From contig OZ241322.1 in assembly GCA_965199715.1 (NCBI GenBank), positions 2,048,001-2,112,000 on the forward strand: a stretch of 64,000 nt of DNA. Reading direction: 5' to 3'. The DNA is from Vicinamibacteria bacterium. Lineage in GTDB: Bacteria; Acidobacteriota; Vicinamibacteria; Marinacidobacterales; Marinacidobacteraceae. A program made the translations under genes and the position numbers. The notes under the pieces were generated by a model. It worked only from the letters and a program-made list of their open reading frames with translations, was not told the DNA's origin and did not search any database. Positions 30,265 to 42,416 of the stretch are shown in pieces. Position 1 is the stretch's first letter, and every line of letters begins with the position of its first letter.

Positions 30265-31179
30265 ATGGCTTCCGAAGAACGCGCCCGTTCCCGATTCCTC
30301 GCCGGGCTGACCTCGGGCGGGGCCGGGTCCGACGCGGTTCCGATCTGGAAGGAACGGTCGGCGTTGGCTTCCTTCGGCCTGCATCTGGGCCTCGCGGCGC
30401 TGCTCTTCCTCCCCGGATTCGCCGCGTTCCTCGATTCCGAGACCGCGCTCACCGCGGCGCCGCGCTTCCAGTTCGACGTGGCCGGCGGCGAGGGCCTCGG
30501 CGGCGGGGGAGGCGGCGGCGGGAGCGGCGGGAACCGCATCAGCGCCTACATTCCCGAGCGGGCGGAGACGCCGCCGGCTCCCGAGCCGCAGCGGGAGGCG
30601 CCCATCGCGCCGCGCAAGCCCCGCCCGCTGCGCTTCGAGGATCTCGAGAACCTCGAGGACGATCCCGACCGCATCGACTCGTTCCTCGGGAACGTGTTCT
30701 CCCCGCAGGCGGTGGACTCTCCCGGTCTCTCCCTGACCGATTTCGAGGATCGCGGCGGGCGGGACGCGGAACGCAGCGCCGGAACCGGAGGCGGGATCGG
30801 CGGAGGCGACGGAACCGGGGTCGGCGAGGGGCAGGGATGGGGCGTGGGCCCCGGCTACGGCGGCGGTTCGGGCGGCGGCGCGTACAGCCCGGGCGGCTAC
30901 GACGTGGAGCCGCGGCTCATCTTCGAGCCGGACGAGCCGCCCTACCCGGATTCGGCCCGCCGCCGCCGCATCACCGGCGAGGTCATGCTGCAGGTGCTGG
31001 TCAAGGTGGACGGAAGCACCGAAGTGCTCGGGGTCATCAAGTCCGGCTGCCGGGTCTGCGTCGAGACCGCCCGGGTGCACGCCCGCAAGTACCGCTGGCG
31101 GCCGGCGCTCAAGGACGGGAAGCCGGTCGAGGCGCTCGGCGTCATCACCGTCACCTTCGGCCTGTTCCCGGTCTCCTGA
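30265..31179 (+). CDS. TonB family energy-transducer-like protein
   Basis: TM anchor SFGLHL (SxxxH), Gly/Pro-rich linker, YPDSARRRRITGEV and WRPALKDGKPV C-terminal domain. Confidence 0.88.
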   Translation: MASEERARSRFLAGLTSGGAGSDAVPIWKERSALASFGLHLGLAALLFLPGFAAFLDSETALTAAPRFQFDVAGGEGLGGGGGGGGSGGNRISAYIPERAETPPAPEPQREAPIAPRKPRPLRFEDLENLEDDPDRIDSFLGNVFSPQAVDSPGLSLTDFEDRGGRDAERSAGTGGGIGGGDGTGVGEGQGWGVGPGYGGGSGGGAYSPGGYDVEPRLIFEPDEPPYPDSARRRRITGEVMLQVLVKVDGSTEVLGVIKSGCRVCVETARVHARKYRWRPALKDGKPVEALGVITVTFGLFPVS

Positions 31180-31186
31180 TCCCGCC

Positions 31187-31732
31187 GTGGCGCGTCCCGA
31201 GCAACTGCTGTCGGAGGAGTCCATCGACGAGCGGGTCCGGGAACTCGCCGCGGACGTCGTCGCCGCCGCCGGGACGGACCTGCACCTGCTCGTCGTGCTG
31301 CGGGGCGCCTTCGTCTTCGCCGCCGACCTGGCCCGAAGGCTCTCCGACGAGGGCGCCGAGGTCACGATCGACTTCTGCCGGGTCGTCTCCTACCGGGACG
31401 GGACCGAGGCGGGCCCGGTGGAGCTCGAGGGGCTGCGCGTCGAATCGCTCGCCGGCAAGGACGTGCTGATCGTCGAGGACATCATGGACACCGGAGGGGC
31501 GGCGCGGGCGCTCCTCGAGGCCATTCCCCCGGATTTGCCGCGTTCGCTGCGCACCGCCGCGCTGCTCGACAAGCCGGCCCGCCGCCGCCACGACCTGACC
31601 CCGGACTTCGTCGGCTTCGTGATTCCCGACTGCTTCGTCGTCGGGTACGGCCTCGATTTCGCCGGCCGGCACCGGCACCTACCGTACGTGGGCCGCCTCG
31701 ACGGAGGTCCCGACGGCGTCAGTCGGACCTGA
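31187..31732 (+). CDS. hpt: Hypoxanthine phosphoribosyltransferase
   Basis: VLRGAFVF, LIVEDIMDTG, LLDKP, FVVGYGLD. Confidence 0.94.
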   Translation: MARPEQLLSEESIDERVRELAADVVAAAGTDLHLLVVLRGAFVFAADLARRLSDEGAEVTIDFCRVVSYRDGTEAGPVELEGLRVESLAGKDVLIVEDIMDTGGAARALLEAIPPDLPRSLRTAALLDKPARRRHDLTPDFVGFVIPDCFVVGYGLDFAGRHRHLPYVGRLDGGPDGVSRT

Positions 31733-32558
31733 ACTCCGGCTCGGCGGCGATCGCGGCGATCAGCCGCGTGAGCCTGGGGCTCGCCGCCTGGCCGGCCTCG
31801 TTCACGTGCGCGGCGTCGATCGCGCCGCCGCCCAGACCGGCCGCGAGATTGGACACGAACGCGAGGCCGGCGACCCGCATGCCCGCGTGCCGCGCCGCGA
31901 TCGCCTCCAGCACGATCGACATCCCCACGACGTCCGCCCCCATGGCCCGCAGCATGCGGATCTCGGCCGGAGTCTCCAGCTCGGGTCCGCGCACGCCGGC
32001 GTACACCCCGACCGGCAGGTGCGTCCCGATCCGCTCGCCGGCGCGTCCGGTGGCGGCGAGCAGCTCCGGGTCCCACAGCGCGGTCATGTCCGGGAAGCGG
32101 GGCTCCGGCCCGGGTTCGGGGCCGGTCAGCGGGCTCGCGCCGGTCAGGTTCAGTTGGTCGCGGATCCGGACGAAGTCCCCGACGGCGAGTTCCGGCGCGA
32201 TCCCGCCGGTCGCCGCCGTGAGAACGAGCCGGCGCACGCCGAGCGCGGCGAGGAGCCGCACCGAGTACGTCGCGTCGTCGGGGCCGTGGCCCTCGTACAG
32301 GTGGTGCCGGCCGAGCAGGATCGCGACCGGCTGCGGCCCGAGCTCGCCGACGATCAGCCGCGGCTGGTGTCCGGGCGCCGAGCACGGCGGACAGCCGGGG
32401 ATCTGCTCGAACGGGAGAAACCGGGGATCCCGGACGTTCGCGGCCGCTCCGGCGAGCCCCGACCCGCACACGACCCCGAGCTTCGGGAAGCTCCCGTCGG
32501 CCCACCGGCGGACCACCGGAACCGCGCGGTCGAGCCGCTCCCGCACTTCCCGCTTCAT
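31719..32558 (-). CDS. Purine-nucleoside phosphorylase (PNP I family)
   Basis: Start MKREVRERL at 32558. VCGSGL, PGH, GRHHLYEG, GPELETPAEI, VGMS, SNLAAG. Confidence 0.9.
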   Translation of the reverse strand: MKREVRERLDRAVPVVRRWADGSFPKLGVVCGSGLAGAAANVRDPRFLPFEQIPGCPPCSAPGHQPRLIVGELGPQPVAILLGRHHLYEGHGPDDATYSVRLLAALGVRRLVLTAATGGIAPELAVGDFVRIRDQLNLTGASPLTGPEPGPEPRFPDMTALWDPELLAATGRAGERIGTHLPVGVYAGVRGPELETPAEIRMLRAMGADVVGMSIVLEAIAARHAGMRVAGLAFVSNLAAGLGGGAIDAAHVNEAGQAASPRLTRLIAAIAAEPEFRSD

Positions 32559-33787
32559 GAGCCTCCGAACAACATCCCCGCGAGCGTAGCCGTAAGCAGC
32601 GTGGCGAGGGCGCCGCCGGCGAGCGCCCGCAGCCCCAGCCACGCGAGATCGCTCTTGCGTCCCGGCGCCAGGGCGCCGATCCCGCCGATCTGGATGCCCA
32701 CCGAGCCGAGGTTGGCGAACCCGCACAGCGCGAAGGTGGCCATGAGTTCGGTGCGGGCCGAGAGCGAGCCCTCGCGGATCAGCTCGGCGAGGTCGAGGTA
32801 CGCCACGAACTCGTTGAGGATGAGTTTCTTGCCGATGAGGCCGGCGAGCGCCGCCGCCTCGCCGGGAGGCGCTCCCATGAGCCACGCGAGCGGCGCGAGC
32901 GCCCACCCGAGGATCCCGGTGAGCGACAGCCCGACGAGCCCGAGCGGAAGGTCGATCAGCGCGACGATGCTCAGGAACGCGATCACCATGGCGACCACGT
33001 TGATGACGAGGCGGATCCCGTCCGCGGCGCCCCGCGCCGCGGCGTCGATCACGTTCGCGTCCTGGCCGCCGCCGTGTTCGGAGCGGCCCGCAAGCATCTT
33101 CCGGGAGATCCGTCCGGCGGTCTCGGGCGTCGCGGTCTCGGGCACGATGATCTTGGCCATCATGAGGGCCGCCGGAGCGTTCACGAGGCTCGCCGCGAGA
33201 AGGAACTGCGAGTCCACGCCGAGCGCCACGTAGGCGGCGAGCATGCCGCCCGACACCGTGGCCATCCCCGAGACCATGACCGCGTGCAGCTCCGAGCGGG
33301 TCATCGACTCCAGGTAGGGGCGGATCACGAGCGGCGCCTCGGTCTGTCCCATGAACACGTTTGCGGCCGCGCTGAGCGTCTCGGCGCCGCTCGTTCCGAG
33401 CGTGCGCACCATCAACCGCGCCATTACCGCGACCACCGCCTGCAGGACGCCGAGGTAGTAGAGCACCGCGAACACCGACGCGACATAGACGATGGCCGGC
33501 AGCGCCGAGACCGCGAGGATGACCCCGAACCGCTCCCGGTCGGCGAGCGGCCCGAACAGCAGCTCGATCCCGGCGTTCGCCTGCGCGAGCGCGAGGTCCA
33601 CGAAGCCGGCGGCGGCCGCGAGCGCCGCCGCCCCGCCGCTCGTCCGGAGCACGAGAAAGGCGAAGACGACCTGCAGCCCGAGTCCCCAGGCGACCAGCTT
33701 CCACGGGAACCGCCGCCGGTCGGCGGAAATCGCCCACGCGATCCCGATCAGGACCGCGACGCCCACAAGCGGCAGCAACGCGGTCAC
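32555..33787 (-). CDS. NupC/CNT family nucleoside transporter
   Basis: NVFMGQTEAP, GMATVSG, KLILNEFVAY, LCGFANLGS. Confidence 0.95.
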   Translation of the reverse strand: MTALLPLVGVAVLIGIAWAISADRRRFPWKLVAWGLGLQVVFAFLVLRTSGGAAALAAAAGFVDLALAQANAGIELLFGPLADRERFGVILAVSALPAIVYVASVFAVLYYLGVLQAVVAVMARLMVRTLGTSGAETLSAAANVFMGQTEAPLVIRPYLESMTRSELHAVMVSGMATVSGGMLAAYVALGVDSQFLLAASLVNAPAALMMAKIIVPETATPETAGRISRKMLAGRSEHGGGQDANVIDAAARGAADGIRLVINVVAMVIAFLSIVALIDLPLGLVGLSLTGILGWALAPLAWLMGAPPGEAAALAGLIGKKLILNEFVAYLDLAELIREGSLSARTELMATFALCGFANLGSVGIQIGGIGALAPGRKSDLAWLGLRALAGGALATLLTATLAGMLFGGS

Positions 33788-33954
33788 TCGTAGATCAGGA
33801 AGAGCAGCCAGCTTACGGCGAGTCCGCTGCCCATCAGCGCGGCGAACGTGAAGAGGCCGAACCGGATCCGCTCGGTGAGCCCGGTCCGCATCAGGCAGGC
33901 GAACGCCGGCGAGACGAACAGGGCGAACAGCGTCATGGCCACGAAGTGCAGCAT
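33784..33954 (-). CDS. Small two-TM membrane protein (56 aa)
   Basis: MLHFVAMTLFALFVSPAF...VSWLLFLIYE. Start and stop overlap both neighbours. Confidence 0.75.
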   Translation of the reverse strand: MLHFVAMTLFALFVSPAFACLMRTGLTERIRFGLFTFAALMGSGLAVSWLLFLIYE

Positions 33955-34337
33955 CACTCGTCCCCGTTGGCGACGTCCCACGCCTGGAGCGCCGCGAGCA
34001 GGTTCAGGAGCCCGGCGGCGATCAGGAACCCATTTCCGTACTCGTAGCCGATCCCCGAGGGATCGCCCGCGCCGAACCCGAGCGCAGCGGCCGCGAAGCG
34101 CGGAAGGCCGATCCCCATCTCCGCAAGGCCGGCCGCCATGGCGAGCGGCGGCGCGCCGCCGACGGGGAAGAACTGACCCCCGAGCGCGAGCCCGGTGACG
34201 AACATGCCGCCGATCGAAGCGAGGAACGTGAGCCCGGCGCCGCGCCGGCCCAGAACCACGTGGCCGAGGCCCGGCAGGACGAGCGCGAGCGCCGTCGGAA
34301 TCGCCGGGTTTCCCCGTTCGGGAACGGCCTTGGGCAC
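33954..34337 (-). CDS. Membrane protein, DUF6677-like
   Basis: LPGLGHVVLGR and YEYGNGFLIAAGLLNLLA patterns. Family call from memory. Confidence 0.72.
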   Translation of the reverse strand: MPKAVPERGNPAIPTALALVLPGLGHVVLGRRGAGLTFLASIGGMFVTGLALGGQFFPVGGAPPLAMAAGLAEMGIGLPRFAAAALGFGAGDPSGIGYEYGNGFLIAAGLLNLLAALQAWDVANGDE

Positions 34338-34390
34338 GGCGGCGAAGTCTATCCACGGCCCCCGCCCCCGACTGCTAGGCTAGCCGCCCG

Positions 34391-35592
<1,202 letters not shown>

Positions 35593-35596
<4 letters not shown>

Positions 35597-36072
35597 CCGA
35601 GTCCGAACCGTCCCTTCCGCGCCTCGGCGGCGCGAGGGTCGCGATCGTCCATTCGGAGCGGGACGAACCGTCGGGGCGGCTCGCGGACGCCGCCGAGAAC
35701 TTCCTCCGCCGCGCCGGCGCGCGAGTGGAGCGCCATGCGGCCCCGGCGGCGTTCGAGGTGGCCCAGCTCGCGGACTGGATCGCTGCGGCGCGCGAGGCCG
35801 ACGGGATCGTCGCCTGCGCCGCGATCGTCCGCGGCGAGACCGCGCACGACCGCCACCTCGGCGCCGCCGTGACCGATTCGCTCCTTCGCACCGCCGTCCG
35901 CTGGCGGATTCCGGTCGGGAACGCCGTCCTCACCGTGGATTCGGCGGAACAGGCGGACGCTCGCTCGGGAGGCGCCAAGGGCAACCGCGGCGAGGACGCC
36001 GCCCGCGCCGTGGCCGCGCTCCTCGGCCGCCGCCCCGGGCCCTTGGGCGTGGATCTCGGCCCGCGGGCGTGA
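35593..36072 (+). CDS. ribH: 6,7-dimethyl-8-ribityllumazine synthase (divergent)
   Basis: PAAFE, IVRGETAH, PVGNAVLT, QADARSG, GNRGEDAA. Lies directly upstream of nusB, the conserved arrangement. Confidence 0.85.
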
Positions 36073-36076
36073 CGCC

Positions 36077-36519
36077 ATGCACCCCAAGGAGGCGCGGGTC
36101 CGGCGCAAGGGCCGTCAGCTCGCCGTCCAGATGCTCGCTTCGTGGGCCGCGAACCCGGCCCCGCCGGAAGCCACCATCGCCCGGGTGCACGAGTTGACCC
36201 GGTCCAACGCGAAGAGCCTCGCGTTCGCCGCCGAGCTGGCCAACGGGGCGTGGGCCCGCCTCGACGAGATCGACGCCCGGGTGCGCGGGGTCACGACCCC
36301 GTTCTGGCGCGAGAACATCGGCCTCGTCGAGATGAGCGTGCTCCGCGTCGCGGTCGCGGAGCTGCTGGCGGGCGCGGTTTCGCCGCGCGTGGTCATGTCC
36401 GAGTTCATCGACATCGGTCGGGCGCTCTCGACCGACCGCGCCGCGCCCTTCATCAACGCCGTCCTCGACAGCGTGCTCAAGGGCCTCTCCGACCCGCCGC
36501 CGGAGCCGGAGCCGCAGCC

Positions 36520-36523
<4 letters not shown>
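36077..36523 (+). CDS. nusB: Transcription antitermination factor NusB
   Basis: RRKGRQLAVQML, VLRVAVAEL, FINAVLD. Synteny with ribH. Confidence 0.88.
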
Positions 36524-38003
<1,480 letters not shown>

Positions 38004-38007
<4 letters not shown>

Positions 38008-39260
38008 AGGGGACCCTCTCCCGGCTCGGGGGCGCCCTTCCGTTCGAGCTCCAGATCGCGCTGCGCTACCTCGTGCTGCGGCGCGCCGGCCTCTTCGTTT
38101 CGGTGCTCTCGGCGATCTCCACGATCGGCGTGATCCTCGGCGTGGCCATCCTGCTGGTCGCGCTCGCGCTCATGAACGGCTTCCAGGGTGAGCTGCGCGC
38201 CCGCATCCTCGGAGCGCTGTCCCACCTCGTGGTCCAGGACGTGTCCGCGAGCGGTTTCGCCGACCACGAGCAGGCGATCCTCGACCTGGAGACCGTGGAG
38301 GGCGTCGAGGCCGCCGCCCCGGTCATCTACGGGAACGCGCTCGCGATGGGGAGGGGCGAGGCGCTCGTCACCTTCAAGGGCGTGGACCCCGCGCGGGAGC
38401 CCCGGGTCAGCGAGTTCGCGTCGCGCATGACCTCGGGCGACTTCGGCGCGCTCGCCGGGGAGGATCCGGACCGCGACCCGCCGTTGATCTTCGGCGAGGA
38501 GCTCGCGCTCCGGATGGGAGTGACCCTCGGCGACCCGGTGCGCCTGCTCACGCCGGAGGGGCGGCTGAGCCCGATCGGCAACATTCCGCAGAGCCGCCGA
38601 TTCGAGGTCGCCGGGACGTTCCGGCTCGGCCTTTACGAATACGACAACTCGTGGGCGCTGGTCCCGCTTGCCGACGCCCGCCGGCTGGCCGGGGTCACCG
38701 GCGAGGCGAGCCACCTCGAGGTGCGCCTGACCGACATGTTCGCGGTCCGCGAAATCGAGACGGCGGCGAGGGAGCGCCTCGGTGGGGGGTACGCCTTCCT
38801 CAACTGGATCGACATGAACACGACGCTGTTCTCCGCGTTCTGGCTCGAGAAGCTCGCGACCGCGCTGTTCGTCGGGTTCATTATCGGCGTCGCCGCGCTC
38901 AACATCGTCGCCGGCCAGATCGTCACCGTGACCGAGAAGACGCGCGACATCGCGGTCCTGCGCTCCATGGGCGCGACCCGGCGGAGCGTCCTCGCGCTGT
39001 TCATGGCGCAGGGAGCGTTCATCGGCGTTGCCGGGACCGGGCTCGGGGCGGCGCTCGGGATCCTCGCCACGCGGATTCTGGACGGGCGCATCCGCATCCC
39101 CGAGGACGTGTACCAGATCACCGCGGTGCCCTTCACCCTGCTCCCGACCGACCTCGGGCTGGTCTGCCTCTTCGCCCCGATCGTCTGCTTCGTCGCGACG
39201 ATCTTCCCGGCGCGCCGGGCCGCCGCGCTCGTCGTGACCGACGGGCTGCGCTTCCAGTGA
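38004..39260 (+). CDS. Lipoprotein-releasing ABC transporter permease LolC/E
   Basis: IALRYL, LMNGFQ, AALNI...EKTRDIAVLRSMGA, PARRAA. Confidence 0.92.
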
Positions 39261-39955
39261 GCCTCGCCGTCCGCGCCAGGGGCCTCGCCCGGGGGTTCAC
39301 GACGAAGGCCGGGCGTATCCGCGTCCTCGAGGGACTCGACCTCGACGTGCGGCGGGGCGAGATGGTCGCGATCGTCGGCCGCAGCGGGGTCGGGAAGACG
39401 ACGCTGCTCCACATGCTCGGGGCGCTCGAGCTTCCCGAGGACGGCGACCTGCGCCTGCTGGGAGAATCGGTCGGCTCGCTGTCCGAGGTGGACGCCGCCC
39501 GCTTCCGAAACCGCCGCATCGGCTTCGTCTTCCAGCACCACCGTCTCCTCCCCGAGTTCACCGCCGCCGAGAACGTGGCCATGCCGCTTCGGATCCGCCG
39601 GACGCCCCGCGCCGCCGCCGAAAGCCGCGCGCAGGAACTCCTCGCCGAACTCGGCCTCGCCGATCGCGCGGGCCACCGGCCCGAAGAGCTGAGCGGCGGC
39701 GAGCAGCAGCGGACCGCGGTCGCCCGCGCGCTCGCGGCGAGCCCCGGCCTGCTCCTCGCCGACGAGCCCACGGGCAATCTCGACGACGCGGCCAGCGCCG
39801 CGCTCGTGGACCTTCTGATCGCGCAGCACCGCTCCCGCGAACTGACTTCGATCATCGCCACCCACAACCCGGCCGTCGCCGATCGGTGCGACCGCGTGCT
39901 CCGTCTCGAGGCCGGCCGGCTGCGTCCGACCGGCGGCGCCGGCGCGGGCTGCTAA
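39257..39955 (+). CDS. lolD: Lipoprotein-releasing ABC transporter ATPase
   Basis: GRSGVGKTT, GFVFQHHRLL, LSGGEQQR, ADEPTGNLD. Confidence 0.92.
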   Translation: MSLAVRARGLARGFTTKAGRIRVLEGLDLDVRRGEMVAIVGRSGVGKTTLLHMLGALELPEDGDLRLLGESVGSLSEVDAARFRNRRIGFVFQHHRLLPEFTAAENVAMPLRIRRTPRAAAESRAQELLAELGLADRAGHRPEELSGGEQQRTAVARALAASPGLLLADEPTGNLDDAASAALVDLLIAQHRSRELTSIIATHNPAVADRCDRVLRLEAGRLRPTGGAGAGC

Positions 39956-39989
39956 ATTCCAAGAGGGCTCCGGCGAACCGGGAGAGTCG

Positions 39990-42416
39990 ATGTTCGAGAG
40001 GTACACCGAGCGAGCGAAGCGGGTCATCTTCTTCGCCCGTTACGAAGCGGCGCAGCTCGGCTCCGAGGCGATGGAGTCCGAGCACGTCCTGCTCGGCCTG
40101 CTCCGGGACGGGAGCGACAAGGGCATCTGCGGGCGGATCTTCAAGCGCGCCGAGCTGACCGCGGACACGGTGCGCCGCGAGGTGATGCGCCAGGCGATGC
40201 TGCGCGACCGGGTCTCCGCGTCGGTGGAGATCCCGCTGTCCGCCGAGTGCCGCCGGGTGCTCAACCACGCCGAAGAAGAAACCGAGCGGATGGGCCACTC
40301 CGCGGTCGGCCCCGAGCACATCCTGCTGGGCGTCCTGCGCGAGGCGAGTTCCTCGGCCGCCCGCATCCTCGCCCGCCACGGCGTGCGCGCCGCCGTCATC
40401 CGCGAGGCGTTCTCGACCGAGACCCGCAAGCCGCGAAACCCCGAGCCGGCTCCGGGGGCGCCGCTGCTCGCCGAGTACGCGGTGGACCTCACCGAGGCCG
40501 CCGCCGAGGGCAAGCTGGATCCGCTCGTCGGCCGCGAGGAGGAGATGGACCGGGTGATCCAGATCCTCTGCCGGCGCGCCAAGAACAACCCGGTGCTCAT
40601 CGGCGAGCCGGGGATCGGCAAGACCGCGATCGTGGAGGGGCTCGCCGCCCGCATCGCGTCCGGCGCATGCCCGATCTTCCTCGAGGGGAGGCGGATTCTC
40701 TCGCTCGACCTCTCGCTGGTGGTCGCCGGCACGAAGTACCGGGGGCAGTTCGAGGAGCGGCTGAAGACGATCATCCGCGAGCTCCGGGAGTCCCCGGAGA
40801 ACATCATCTTCGTGGACGAGCTCCACACCCTGATCGGCGCCGGGTCCGCCGAGGGATCGCTGGACGCCGCCAACATCCTGAAGCCGGCGCTGTCCCGCGA
40901 CGGCGTCCAGTGCATCGGCGCGACCACCCCGGCCGAGTTCCGTCGGCACATCGAGCGCGACCGCAGCCTCGAGCGGCGCTTCCAGGCCGTCACGGTGAAG
41001 CCGCCGACCGAGGAGGAGACGCTCGCGATCCTCGGCGGCGTCCGCGAGCGCTACGAGCGCTTCCACCACGTCGCCTACTCGGACGAGGCCCTGGAGGCCG
41101 CGGTCCGCCAGGCCGAGCGGTACGTCACCGACCGGTTCCTTCCCGACAAGTCGGTGGATCTGCTCGACGAGGCCGGGGCGCGGGTGAAGCTCCGCGACAA
41201 CCCGTGGTCCCCCCAGTTCCGCGAGATCCGCGGACGCATCTCGGAGATCCGGCTGCGCAAGGACGCGGCGCTGCGGGGCGACGACCTCGAGCGGGCGTCG
41301 CTCGCGCAGGACGAGGAGAACGCCGAGCGGCGCAGCCTCGGCCGCGTGGTGAGCAGCTTCGAGGCCCGCGACGAGGAGCCGTCGAGGGTCGTGCGGGAGG
41401 ACATCGACGAGGTGATCGCCGACTGGACGGGCATCCCGCTCGCGTCCATCGCCGAGGACGAGACCCGCAAGCTGCTGCGCATGGAGGACGTGCTCCACGA
41501 GCGCGTCGTCGGCCAGGACGCCGCCGTGGCCGAAGTGGCGCGGGCCGTCCGCCGGGCGCGGGCCGGGATCAAGAGCCCGCTCCGGCCGGGCGGCGTCTTC
41601 CTCTTCCTAGGCCCCACCGGGGTCGGCAAGACCGAGGTGGCCCGCACGCTCGCCGAGGTGCTCCTCGGAACCGAAACCTCGCTCCTGCGTTTCGACATGA
41701 GCGAGTACATGGAGCGCCATTCGGTTTCCCGGTTCATCGGGTCGCCTCCCGGCTACGTCGGCCACGAGGACGGCGGACACCTGACCGAGCGCGTCCGGCG
41801 GAACGCGTATTGCGTCCTCCTGCTCGACGAGATCGAGAAGGCGCACCCGGACGTCTGGAACCTGCTGCTGCAGGTGTTCGAGGACGGGCGCCTCACCGAC
41901 GGTCTCGGCAACACCGTGGACTTCCGCAACGCGATGATCGTGATGACCTCGAACCTCGGGGCGCGGGTCATCCAGAAGGAGGCCGCGGTCGGGTTCGGGG
42001 CGCCGGGCGCGGAGGCGAGCCGCAAGGCGATGCGCGACCTGATCCAGGGCGAGGTCCGCCGCGCCTTCACCCCCGAGTTCGTGAATCGGCTGGACGCCAC
42101 CGTCGTGTTCGACCCGCTCGACGACGGGGATCTGGTAGAGATCCTGCGCCGCATGGTCGCCCGGATGAACCGGGATCTCGCCCACCGCCGCCTCACCGTG
42201 GTTCTCTCCGCCGAGGCCGAGGCGTTCCTGATCGAGTCCACCCGGAGCGAGCGGAACTACGGCGCCCGGCCGCTCCGCCGGGCGCTGCAGCGCCACGTCG
42301 AGGATCCGCTCGCCGAAGCCCTCCTCGAGGGCCGGGTCGGAGCCTCCGGTCCCGTCGAAATCGTCATCGCCGACGGCGTTCCCGCCGTCCGCCAAATGGA
42401 GGAAGCCCTCGTCTGA
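39990..42416 (+). CDS. clpC: ATP-dependent Clp protease ATP-binding subunit (ClpC-like)
   Basis: Clp-N repeats and two AAA+ domains ([16 protein letters not shown]), [15 protein letters not shown]. Confidence 0.95.
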   Translation: MFERYTERAKRVIFFARYEAAQLGSEAMESEHVLLGLLRDGSDKGICGRIFKRAELTADTVRREVMRQAMLRDRVSASVEIPLSAECRRVLNHAEEETERMGHSAVGPEHILLGVLREASSSAARILARHGVRAAVIREAFSTETRKPRNPEPAPGAPLLAEYAVDLTEAAAEGKLDPLVGREEEMDRVIQILCRRAKNNPVLIGEPGIGKTAIVEGLAARIASGACPIFLEGRRILSLDLSLVVAGTKYRGQFEERLKTIIRELRESPENIIFVDELHTLIGAGSAEGSLDAANILKPALSRDGVQCIGATTPAEFRRHIERDRSLERRFQAVTVKPPTEEETLAILGGVRERYERFHHVAYSDEALEAAVRQAERYVTDRFLPDKSVDLLDEAGARVKLRDNPWSPQFREIRGRISEIRLRKDAALRGDDLERASLAQDEENAERRSLGRVVSSFEARDEEPSRVVREDIDEVIADWTGIPLASIAEDETRKLLRMEDVLHERVVGQDAAVAEVARAVRRARAGIKSPLRPGGVFLFLGPTGVGKTEVARTLAEVLLGTETSLLRFDMSEYMERHSVSRFIGSPPGYVGHEDGGHLTERVRRNAYCVLLLDEIEKAHPDVWNLLLQVFEDGRLTDGLGNTVDFRNAMIVMTSNLGARVIQKEAAVGFGAPGAEASRKAMRDLIQGEVRRAFTPEFVNRLDATVVFDPLDDGDLVEILRRMVARMNRDLAHRRLTVVLSAEAEAFLIESTRSERNYGARPLRRALQRHVEDPLAEALLEGRVGASGPVEIVIADGVPAVRQMEEALV

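Noticed and set aside
30481-30900. GGC-rich low-complexity repeats
   Set aside because: They encode the Gly-rich linker of the TonB-like protein and are not a DNA repeat element.
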